From Candidatus Methylomirabilia bacterium (GTDB lineage: Bacteria; Methylomirabilota; Methylomirabilia; Rokubacteriales; CSP1-6): a stretch of 29,500 bases of DNA. The notes under the pieces were generated by a model, which saw only the letters and a program-made list of their open reading frames with translations, did not search any database and was not told the origin of the DNA. The DNA lies in NCBI GenBank assembly GCA_041492755.1, contig JBGPXN010000047.1:1-29500 (forward strand), in the 5' to 3' direction. The number at the start of each line of letters is the position of its first letter. Positions within the stretch are counted from its first letter, which is position 1. A program made the position numbers and the translations under genes. Below, one piece after another: positions 1 to 7,744 of this stretch.

Positions 1-24
1 AAAAGGCCCCCCATACCCCCCATA

Positions 25-161
25 CGCTCGGAGCGCCCCGGCGAAGCCGGGGCACTCCTCGACCTCCCGCGCTCGGCCTGCCCCGGCGACGCCGGGGCAC
101 TCCTCGACCTCCCGCGCTCGGCCTGCCCCGGCGACGCCGGGGCACTCCTCGACCCCCCGCG
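25..161. repeat. Tandem 45-bp palindromic (REP-like) repeat, about 3 copies
   Basis: GCCCCGGC-GA(A/C)-GCCGGGGCACTCCTCGACC(T/C)CCCGCG starts at 35, 80 and 125 (period 45). Each copy has an 8-bp perfect stem and a 3-nt loop. Confidence 0.95.
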
Positions 162-184
162 TCCGGAGATCGGTGGGCTGACGC

Positions 185-1129
185 GTGAGGCTGGGTCGGC
201 GAGGGTTTCAGCGATTCCTGCATCGGCGGCAGTTCTATCGCCTGCTCCCCCGCATCATGGTCGACGGCGTGCGGGCCGGTGACCGGCGCGGGCGCGTGTT
301 CGTCGCCATGATCGGCGGCATCGGCGACCTCGTGAACCTCTTCCCCACCCTCGATCGGCTCGGCGACACGGCCCGCGTGGACCTCGGCACCGGCCCCGGC
401 GCGTGCGCCGCGCTCGCCCGCCGCCATCCACGCCTGCATCGGGTATACGCGCCGTTCGTGTACAAGCCGATCCGCCGCGCGCACCGCCGGCTGATCGAGC
501 GCGCGCTCTCACCGTGGTACGAGCGCGTGATCCTGCTCGACGAGCCCGACGGCGCCTGGCGGACGCGGCACGCCCACATGAGTGAGGTCTATGCCGAGCG
601 CAGCGGCTGCCCGCCGCCGCCGCGCGGGGCCATCCATCTGAACGCCGACGATCGCGCCGCCGCCGAGCGCTGGCTCCGCGAGTGTGGCGTGAAGGACTTC
701 GTCTTCGTCGTCCAGCTCATCCGACGAGACCGCCCGTTCCGGTCGTGGCCACTGGGCCACTATCAACGCCTGCTCACCGCGCTGCGCGAGCGCGGCGGCC
801 TGCCCGTGCTCGTGCACACGATCGGCTCGGACGAGACGGCCACGCCCGAGGGCGTGATCCCGATCGAGGGTGGCGACATCCTCACGGTCGCGGCGATGAT
901 CGAGCGCGCGCGCCTGTACGTCGGTCCGGATACCGGCCTCACCCACATCGCCGGGGCCCTCGGCGTTCCGACCGTGTCGATCCACCTCGGATATCCACCG
1001 GAGATTTGCCGCGCTCTCGGCGACAATGTCCGGGTGGTGACCCAGGCCCGGCCCTACGAGGATCCGGCGCGCACGATGCCGGACGAGGTGCTCGCCGCGG
1101 TGGAGGCGATGCTCGAGGCGCGCGCGTGA
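185..1129 (+). CDS. Glycosyltransferase family 9 (ADP-heptose:LPS heptosyltransferase-like)
   Basis: GGIGDLV N-terminal motif, RSWP, and YVGPDTGLTHIAGALGVPTVSI, which is the GT9 C-terminal motif. Confidence 0.85.
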   Translation: MRLGRRGFQRFLHRRQFYRLLPRIMVDGVRAGDRRGRVFVAMIGGIGDLVNLFPTLDRLGDTARVDLGTGPGACAALARRHPRLHRVYAPFVYKPIRRAHRRLIERALSPWYERVILLDEPDGAWRTRHAHMSEVYAERSGCPPPPRGAIHLNADDRAAAERWLRECGVKDFVFVVQLIRRDRPFRSWPLGHYQRLLTALRERGGLPVLVHTIGSDETATPEGVIPIEGGDILTVAAMIERARLYVGPDTGLTHIAGALGVPTVSIHLGYPPEICRALGDNVRVVTQARPYEDPARTMPDEVLAAVEAMLEARA

Positions 1130-2238
1130 CCGCCGCCCTCCGCATCCTGCACGTGTACCCCAAGGACGACTACTTCACGGGCGCCGCCGTGCAGGTGCGT
1201 GAGCTCGCCCGCGGACTGCAGGCGCGCGGTCATCACGTCGTGGTGGCCACCCGCCCCAGCGAGGTGTGGGCGGCCAAGAGCCGCGAGGCCGGCCTGCTTC
1301 ACCATCCCCTGCCCATGACGTCGGTGGCGGACGTGCGGACCGTCGCGCGGCTGGCCCGGATCGTGCACCGGCACCGTATCCAGATCGTCCACGCCCACAA
1401 GGGCCGGGCGCGTACGCTCGCCCTCATGGCCGGACTGTTCGTGCGCATCCCCGTCCTCGTGCTGAACCGCGGCGTGAGCTTCCCGCTCGACCGACTCACG
1501 CGACTCGGCTACACGACCCGGCGGGTGAGCGCGATCGTCGCCGTGTCGGAGTTCGTGAAACAGGGACTGGTGACCGCCGGCGTGCCCGCCGACAAGATTC
1601 ACGTCGTCTACTCCGGCACCGACACCGACCGCTTCCATCCCGGCGTGGACCGACACCGCATTCGCCGGGAGCTCGGGCTCGCACCGGAGCATTTCCTGAT
1701 CACCCAGATCGGCGTGCGCAGCTCCAAGGGCAACGACGACGTGCTCGACGCCATGGTGACCGTGGCCGCGCAGGCGCCGGCCGCGCGCCTGCTCGTGGTG
1801 GGCGCCCGCCGGCCCGAGACGATCCGCGAGAAGGCGCACGCGCGCGGCCTCGAGGACGTGGTTCACGCCTGGGGCTATCGCGACGACGTGCCGGAGATCC
1901 TCGCCGCCAGCGACTGCTGCGTCGACGCGTCGCACGCGGGCGTCGGGCTCACCGGCACCCTGCGGGAAGCGCTGGCGGTCGAGACGGCGGTGGTCGGCTA
2001 TGCCGTGGCCGGCAACCCCGAACTTGTCGTCGACGGCGAGACCGGGCTGCTCGTCGCGCCGCGAGACGCGGCCGCTCTTGGCCACGCCGTCCTCAAGCTC
2101 GCCCACGACCCCGGCTGGCGCCACGACCTGGGTCGAGCCGGACGGCAGCGGGTGGAGGCGCGATTTTCGCTGCGGGCGAAAGTCGACGCGCTCGAGGCGC
2201 TCTACCGGAGCCTGTGGGAACGGGCGCGGCCGGCATGA
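1126..2238 (+). CDS. Glycosyltransferase family 4 (GT-B)
   Basis: GTG at 1126 overlaps the upstream TGA (GTGA). Motifs LRILHV, IVHAH, SKG, GYRDDVPEILAASD and GNPELVVDGETGLLV. The true start lies inside ORF 682..2238. Confidence 0.88.
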   Translation: MTAALRILHVYPKDDYFTGAAVQVRELARGLQARGHHVVVATRPSEVWAAKSREAGLLHHPLPMTSVADVRTVARLARIVHRHRIQIVHAHKGRARTLALMAGLFVRIPVLVLNRGVSFPLDRLTRLGYTTRRVSAIVAVSEFVKQGLVTAGVPADKIHVVYSGTDTDRFHPGVDRHRIRRELGLAPEHFLITQIGVRSSKGNDDVLDAMVTVAAQAPAARLLVVGARRPETIREKAHARGLEDVVHAWGYRDDVPEILAASDCCVDASHAGVGLTGTLREALAVETAVVGYAVAGNPELVVDGETGLLVAPRDAAALGHAVLKLAHDPGWRHDLGRAGRQRVEARFSLRAKVDALEALYRSLWERARPA

Positions 2239-3977
2239 CGCTGGTGGGGCCGTACGCGCGCCTCGGCCGCTATCTCAAGCCGCACGTCCCGGTGCTCGTC
2301 CTGGGCGGCTTCCTGGCCCTGGTGGTGGCGGCGATGGACGGCGCCATCGCCTGGCTGGTGAAGCCGGTGATGGACGAGATCTTCATCCGGCACGACGTCG
2401 GCATGCTCAAGCTCGTGCCGCTGGCGATCCTCGCCGCGTACGTCGTCAAGGGCCTGGGACGCTACTGGCAGTCCTACCTGATGGCCGCCGTGGGCGAGCG
2501 CGTGGTGGCGCGCCTGCGCCGCGACCTGTACGTGCATCTGCAGTCGATGCCGCTGGCGTTCTTCGCGGGCGTGCACTCGGCCGATCTCATGTCGCGGATG
2601 CTCAACGACGTCAGCCGGCTGGCGCGGCTGTCGTCGAACGTGCTCGTGATGGCGGTGCGCCAGGCCGGCACCATCGTGGCGCTGCTCGTGGTCATGTTCG
2701 CGCGCGAGTTCTGGTTGACCGTCGCCGCCGTGGTCGTCTTCCCCTTCATCGCGGTGGTGCTGAAGCTGCTGGGGCGCCGGCTCTACACGATCAACAAGCG
2801 TTCCCAGGAGCGCATCGCCCAGCTCGCGGTGCTGCTCCAGGAATCGTTCACCGGCACGAAGATCGTGAAGGCGTTCGGACGCGAGCAGCACGAGCAGGGC
2901 CGGTTCGACGCGCTGAACCGCCGCCTGCTCGACCTGTCGCTCAAGAACGTGCGGGTGGACGAGATCACCGAGCCGCTCATGGAGATCTGCGGCGCGGTTG
3001 GTATCATGCTCGCCATCTGGTACGGCGGCTATCGGGTGATCCAGGGCGACATGACGCCGGGCACCTTCTTCTCGTTCACCGCCGCCATGCTCATGCTCTA
3101 TGGCCCGACGCGCCGGCTCGCCCGTGCGCTCAACAGCGTGCAGCAGTCCACGGGCTCCGTGGAACGGGTGTTCGAGCTGCTCGACCGCCCGCCCGCGCTT
3201 CAAGACAAGCCGGGCGCGGCGGTGCTCCCGGGCTTCCACGCCAGCGTCCGCTTCGAAGGCGTGGCGTTCCGCTACACCAACTCCCACGACCTCACGCTTC
3301 GGGACATCGACCTCGGCATCGTCAAGGGCGAGGTGGTGGCCTTCGTGGGCATGAGCGGGGCCGGCAAGTCGACGCTGATGGACCTGCTCCCGCGCTTCCA
3401 CGACGTGACGGCGGGCCGCATCGTGGTGGACGGCCACGACGTCCGCGACGTCACCCAGGCGTCCTTGCGGGCACAGATCGGCATCGTGACCCAGGAGACG
3501 TTGCTGTTCAGCGACTCGATCTACTACAACATCGCCTACGGCCGCCCCGGCGCCACCGCCGACGACGTGACACGCGCGGCGCGCCAGGCCCACGCTCACG
3601 ACTTCATCGTCGCCTGCCCGGAGGGCTACCAGACGCTGATCGGCGAGCGCGGCGTTCGCCTCTCCGGCGGCCAGCGCCAGCGGCTGGCCATCGCGCGCGC
3701 GTTTCTCAAGGACCCGCCGATCCTGATCCTGGACGAGGCGACGTCCGACCTGGACGCCGAGAGCGAGTTCATGGTCCAGCAGGCCCTCGCCGACCTCATG
3801 CGCGGGCGCACCGTGCTGGTCATCGCGCACCGGTTGACCACCGTCCGGAACGCCGACCGCATCGTGGTCGTGCACGAGGGCCGCATCACGGAAGTCGGCC
3901 GGCACCACGAGCTCCTCGCGCGCGACGGCGTCTACCGCCGGCTGTACGCGCGCCAGGTGGAAGGCGCGATCAGCTAG
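2235..3977 (+). CDS. msbA: Lipid A-core flippase, MsbA-like ABC transporter (TMD+NBD)
   Basis: ATGA overlap at 2235. N-terminal multi-helix TM domain, Walker A GMSGAGKST, signature LSGGQRQR, Walker B ILILDEAT, IAHR. Sits with LPS glycosyltransferases. Confidence 0.85.
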   Translation: MTLVGPYARLGRYLKPHVPVLVLGGFLALVVAAMDGAIAWLVKPVMDEIFIRHDVGMLKLVPLAILAAYVVKGLGRYWQSYLMAAVGERVVARLRRDLYVHLQSMPLAFFAGVHSADLMSRMLNDVSRLARLSSNVLVMAVRQAGTIVALLVVMFAREFWLTVAAVVVFPFIAVVLKLLGRRLYTINKRSQERIAQLAVLLQESFTGTKIVKAFGREQHEQGRFDALNRRLLDLSLKNVRVDEITEPLMEICGAVGIMLAIWYGGYRVIQGDMTPGTFFSFTAAMLMLYGPTRRLARALNSVQQSTGSVERVFELLDRPPALQDKPGAAVLPGFHASVRFEGVAFRYTNSHDLTLRDIDLGIVKGEVVAFVGMSGAGKSTLMDLLPRFHDVTAGRIVVDGHDVRDVTQASLRAQIGIVTQETLLFSDSIYYNIAYGRPGATADDVTRAARQAHAHDFIVACPEGYQTLIGERGVRLSGGQRQRLAIARAFLKDPPILILDEATSDLDAESEFMVQQALADLMRGRTVLVIAHRLTTVRNADRIVVVHEGRITEVGRHHELLARDGVYRRLYARQVEGAIS

Positions 3978-4118
3978 TCGGTTCGTCTCCCGGCCAGTGG
4001 CTCGCGGCGTGCGGCGCGTCTGGCAACCCGCGACATTCTGGCCCCGCCCCTGTCACAATGCACGTCACGCGGCAAAGCAAACAGGACGAAATCTCGCTGT
4101 TGCCGGCACGGTCATCTT

Positions 4119-4134
4119 TGGCGCAGCGGTTGCA
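4119..4134 (+). promoter_or_regulatory. Sigma54 (-24/-12) promoter
   Basis: TGGCGCAGCGGTTGCA has GG at 4120-21, 10 nt, then GC at 4132-33. It matches TGGCAC-N5-TTGCA at all but one position and lies 50 nt upstream of an SD-led ATG. Confidence 0.7.
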
Positions 4135-4183
4135 CGGGGCAGACGGGCTCGCGGGCGATTGGTCAAAGGAGGTTGCTCCGTAC

Positions 4184-4657
4184 ATGATCCGGTCTTCGGC
4201 TTCGTCGCGCGTCGTGCACCGCATGCATGTTCCGCTTCGGCGTCTGGCGCTCTGCCTTGACTGTGACGAGGCCTCGGAGATCGGCGACGCCTGCCCGGCG
4301 TGTGGGAGCGAGACGTGGCTCCCGCTGGCCCGCTTCCTCGAACGGCGTGGCGTCGCCCGCGTTCCGGGGCGCACCAGGCCCGCGGCCCGCGAGGTGACCC
4401 GTCACCTTCTCGTCGTCGCGCGGACCCGGATGGATCTCTTCGAGCCCCTGCGACGCGCATTCGCAGGGCACGACTCCGTGCGCGTGATCCTGGACCGCCG
4501 CACGGGCGACCGCCGCCGACAGTCCGACGCGGCGCTCATGGAGCGCCGGCGACGTGACCGCCGCCGCCGCCCCGACCTCGAGGAGAAGCTGCGAACGCAC
4601 GGGTGTGTCCTCATCCCGTTCTCGATGGAGCTCGCGCGGCGCTTCGCGACGCGGTAA
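4184..4657 (+). CDS. Hypothetical protein with a Zn-ribbon (CLDC...CPAC) and an Arg-rich DRR/ERR domain, 157 aa
   Basis: AAGGAGGT SD at 4166-4173 and ATG at 4184 in the frame of ORF 2000..4657. Contains two CxxC pairs. Confidence 0.75.
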   Translation: MIRSSASSRVVHRMHVPLRRLALCLDCDEASEIGDACPACGSETWLPLARFLERRGVARVPGRTRPAAREVTRHLLVVARTRMDLFEPLRRAFAGHDSVRVILDRRTGDRRRQSDAALMERRRRDRRRRPDLEEKLRTHGCVLIPFSMELARRFATR

Positions 4658-4728
4658 CTCCACCGCCGGCGCACCCCGAAGCCGCCGGCCGCGCCCTCAC
4701 CCGAGTCGTCCACGATCGATCGTCAAGT

Positions 4729-6453
4729 CTATTGGCGGAAGCGGTTGACGATGGGCAGACGCCAGTCCCGGCCGAAGGCGCGCGGCGTGATCTTCACGCC
4801 GATCGGGCCCTGGCGGCGCTTGTACTCGTTCTGGTCCACCATGCGGACGACCTTCTTGACCGTGTCGGGGTCGAAGCCGGCCGCGACGATGTCGGCGACG
4901 CCCTTGTCCTCTTCGACGTACGCTTCGAGGATCGCGTCGAGGACGTCATAGGGGGGCAGCGAATCCTGGTCCTTCTGGTCGGGGCGCAGCTCGGCCGACG
5001 GCGCCCGCTCGATCACGCTCTGCGGAATCAGCGCGCGGCCCGCGCGCTCGTTGACGTAGGCCGACACTTTGTAGACCAGGGTCTTCGGCACGTCCTTGAT
5101 GACGGCGAAGCCGCCCGCCATGTCGCCGTACAGCGTGGAGTAGCCGACGCCGATCTCGCTCTTGTTGCCCGTGGTCAGCACGAGCCAGCCGAACTTGTTG
5201 GACAGGGCCATCAGCAGGGTGCCCCGGATGCGGGCCTGGATGTTCTCCTCGGTCGCGTCCTCCTTGAGTCCCTTGAACGCCCGGGCGAGCCGGCTCTTGA
5301 ACGCGCGCATGATGCCGAAGATGGGCAACGCCATGAACTCGATGCCGAGGTTTCGCGCGAGCCGGCGGGCGTCCCCGCGCGTGCCCGACGACGAGTACGG
5401 CGACGGCATGGTGACGCCGCTCACGTTCTCCTTGCCCAAAGCCTCCACGGCGATGGCCGCCACCAGCGAGGAGTCGATCCCACCGGACAGCCCGATCACC
5501 ACGCGCTTGAACCCGCTCTTCCGGACGTAGTCCCGCGTACCGGTGACCAGCGCGTAATAGACCTCGGCGACCGGCGGCAGCGGCGCGGCCAGCACGGGCG
5601 GGGGCGCCGGCACGGCGGCGGGAAACGGGAGCGACGGAAGCGTGATGCGGGGCGTCCGGTCGCCGACGATCGCCCGGTCCTTCCGGCGCCGCGAATCATG
5701 CAGGCGGGCGCGGAACACGGCGTCGAGATCGAGATCGGCGACGACGAGATCCTCCTCGAACTGCCGCCCGCGCGCGATCGTCTCGCCCCGTTCGTTGACG
5801 ATCACGCTGGCGCCGTCGAACACCAGCTCGTCCTGCCCACCCACCATGTTCACGAAGGCCAGACAGACCAGGTCGTCGGCCGCGCGCGTCGCCACCATCC
5901 GCTCGCGGAAGTTCGCCTTGCCGGCGTGAAAGGGCGAGCCGTTGATCGTCACGATGATTTCGGCGCCGGCCAACGCCTGCAGCGTGGTGGGCCCGGTCGG
6001 GTACCAGATGTCCTCGCAGATGTTCACGGCGAAGGTCACGTCACCGCGGGCGAACACCGGCGCTTCGCGTCCCGCCTGGAAATAGCGGTTCTCGTCGAAC
6101 ACCCCGTAGTTCGGGAGGTATTGCTTGTGGTACACGCCGGCGAGGGCGCCGTCGTGGAGCACGGCCGCCGCGTTGAAGATGTCGTCGGCACGGTCGACGA
6201 ACCCGACGATGACGGTGAGCCCGCGAGAGGCGCGGGTGACGTCGTCGAGGGCGCGGAGGTTCGCCTCGATGAAGGCGGGCTTGAAGAGCAGATCCTCCGG
6301 CGGGTAGCCGGGAATCGCGAGCTCGGGGAGCGCGACCAGCCCGGCGCCGCGTGCGCGCGCGCGCTCGATGACGTCGACGATCCGCCGCACGTTGCCCTCG
6401 ACGTCGCCCACCGTCGGGTTGATCTGACCGAGCGCCACCCGCAGCCGTCGCAT
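4729..6453 (-). CDS. nadE: Glutamine-dependent NAD+ synthetase
   Basis: Nitrilase-like N-terminal domain (PEL, K, ICEDIW) fused to a synthetase domain (GLSGGIDS, ENIQARIR, TTGNKSE, PSAELRPDQKDQDSLPPY). Confidence 0.96.
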   Translation of the reverse strand: MRRLRVALGQINPTVGDVEGNVRRIVDVIERARARGAGLVALPELAIPGYPPEDLLFKPAFIEANLRALDDVTRASRGLTVIVGFVDRADDIFNAAAVLHDGALAGVYHKQYLPNYGVFDENRYFQAGREAPVFARGDVTFAVNICEDIWYPTGPTTLQALAGAEIIVTINGSPFHAGKANFRERMVATRAADDLVCLAFVNMVGGQDELVFDGASVIVNERGETIARGRQFEEDLVVADLDLDAVFRARLHDSRRRKDRAIVGDRTPRITLPSLPFPAAVPAPPPVLAAPLPPVAEVYYALVTGTRDYVRKSGFKRVVIGLSGGIDSSLVAAIAVEALGKENVSGVTMPSPYSSSGTRGDARRLARNLGIEFMALPIFGIMRAFKSRLARAFKGLKEDATEENIQARIRGTLLMALSNKFGWLVLTTGNKSEIGVGYSTLYGDMAGGFAVIKDVPKTLVYKVSAYVNERAGRALIPQSVIERAPSAELRPDQKDQDSLPPYDVLDAILEAYVEEDKGVADIVAAGFDPDTVKKVVRMVDQNEYKRRQGPIGVKITPRAFGRDWRLPIVNRFRQ

Positions 6454-6459
6454 GGCGGT

Positions 6460-6465
6460 ATTGTA
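6460..6465 (-). promoter_or_regulatory. -10 element of a probable leaderless nadE promoter
   Basis: TACAAT lies 6 nt upstream of the ATG and no SD is present. Confidence 0.55.
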
Positions 6466-6542
6466 CCCGCCACCCCCCGGCCCGGCCGAAGCGTTGTCAG
6501 CGCGGTTGGGCCGCGCGCGAACGTTCTACGGCCGCGACGCAC

Positions 6543-6571
6543 TTGACGGCCCGGCGATGAGGACCGACACT
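6543..6571 (+). promoter_or_regulatory. Putative sigma70 promoter for the 6607 gene
   Basis: TTGACG-N17-GACACT. Confidence 0.4.
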
Positions 6572-6606
6572 TCGGTCATCGTGTCTCACCGCATCAGGGT
6601 GATCGG

Positions 6607-7278
6607 ATGAAGCGGACCGTCGTGGTGTGGAGCGCGCTCGCCTTGCTGTTGGCGCCCACGATTGCGGCCGCGCCGGCCCGCGCCGAGCGAAGCCACGGCC
6701 GCCCGGTGGCACACGCCCACCGCGACGGGTTTGCGCACGGGCACATCCGCTCGGCCGCGCACCCGGTGTCGCATCCGTCGCGGCAGTTCGGCCGCCACTT
6801 TCCGCACGGTCACGCCGGGCCCGGGCGGGCGGTGGGATCCGTGTTCTATGTCGGGGCGCCCGTGTATCCAACGGCGCCGGCGTACTACGACCCCTTCGCG
6901 TACGCCGCTCCGCCGGTGACGTACGCCCCACCGGTCGCATATGCTCCGCCAGACAGCCGCATCTCGCTGGCGCCCGCGCCACCCCCGGCCGCGCCCACAC
7001 CGAACGTGATCGAATATCCGAACGGGCGATACGAGCTGCAGGGCGACGGCGTCCGGATACCGCATACGTGGGTGTGGATCCCGAATCCGCCGCCTCCGCC
7101 GCCGGCGGCTCCGCCACCGCCGGACCCGCCCACGGCGCAGGCGCCGGCCCCGTCACGCGCGGTCGACCGGCCGCTCTATCGCTGGAGCGACGATCAGAGC
7201 GTCGTGCACTGGACGGATCGGTGGAGCGCGGTTCCGGAGCGGTACCGCTCGCAGGTGACGCGGTTTCCGTCCGGCTGA
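6607..7278 (+). CDS. Exported His/Pro-rich protein with a C-terminal DUF4124-like motif
   Basis: Signal peptide MKRTVVVWSALALLLAPTIAAAPARA, then His-rich and Tyr/Pro-rich segments. YRWSDDQSVVHWTD resembles the DUF4124 pattern YxWxDxxGxxHxSD. Confidence 0.7.
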   Translation: MKRTVVVWSALALLLAPTIAAAPARAERSHGRPVAHAHRDGFAHGHIRSAAHPVSHPSRQFGRHFPHGHAGPGRAVGSVFYVGAPVYPTAPAYYDPFAYAAPPVTYAPPVAYAPPDSRISLAPAPPPAAPTPNVIEYPNGRYELQGDGVRIPHTWVWIPNPPPPPPAAPPPPDPPTAQAPAPSRAVDRPLYRWSDDQSVVHWTDRWSAVPERYRSQVTRFPSG

Positions 7279-7302
7279 TCCCAGGGAGGGTGAGCTAGCG
7301 CG

Positions 7303-7488
7303 ATGCCTGCCAAGGTCCCGTGGTTGCCCCGGAGCGTGCCGCCCGGCGCCAAGCCGGAGCGGTGCAAGCACTGCGCTCGTCTCGCGCTCATCCCGTGGAC
7401 ACTGCGCCGCGACGATCACACCAAGACCGTGTTCCGCCGCTGGATCTGCGTGGAGTGCCAGACCTCCGAGGAGCGTCAGGAGGACTAG
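7303..7488 (+). CDS. Small Zn-finger-like protein, 61 aa
   Basis: CKHC...CVEC pairs, GGAGG upstream at 7285-7289, and GC-rich third codon positions. Confidence 0.65.
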   Translation: MPAKVPWLPRSVPPGAKPERCKHCARLALIPWTLRRDDHTKTVFRRWICVECQTSEERQED

Positions 7489-7492
7489 CCTG

Positions 7493-7733
7493 GTGTTCCG
7501 TCCACGAAATCATGTTAACGATCACCGCGCGGCGGGGCCGACGGGCGGGTGCGCCAGGGGTCGAAGGACCACGCGGCACGCGTTCGCTGCTCCGCCACGG
7601 CTGGGCTCCATCTGGGCGCAGAGGCGTCCGTTGCCCCGTGGCGGGAAACGGGTCCTTCGACCCCTGGCGCACCCGCCCATCGGCCCAGCGTCGCGTGGTG
7701 CGGGTTCTCAACATGACTTCGCGAACGGAACAC
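7493..7733. repeat. Nested inverted-repeat element (MITE-like or structured RNA)
   Basis: Arm pairs: 7493-7516/7710-7733 (21/24), 7523-7534/7689-7700 (10/12 plus 2 G-T), 7535-7570/7651-7686 (35/36), 7592-7600/7636-7644 (9/9). Confidence 0.85.
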
Positions 7734-7744
7734 GAGGGTTGAGC

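Noticed and set aside
35..161. Possible CRISPR array
   Set aside because: The units are near-identical over their whole 45 bp, with no unique spacers and no cas genes in the window.
682..4657. Long ORFs 682..2238, 1266..3977 and 2000..4657 as fusion proteins
   Set aside because: Their N-terminal extensions are Arg/Pro-rich off-frame read-through of upstream genes. The real starts are 1126, 2235 and 4184.
4603..6546. Long antisense ORFs (also 2202..3908, 13036..14565, 19481..21571, 26266..27696, 27790..29106)
   Set aside because: These are shadow ORFs opposite well-supported genes, expected at this GC content, and carry no recognisable motifs.
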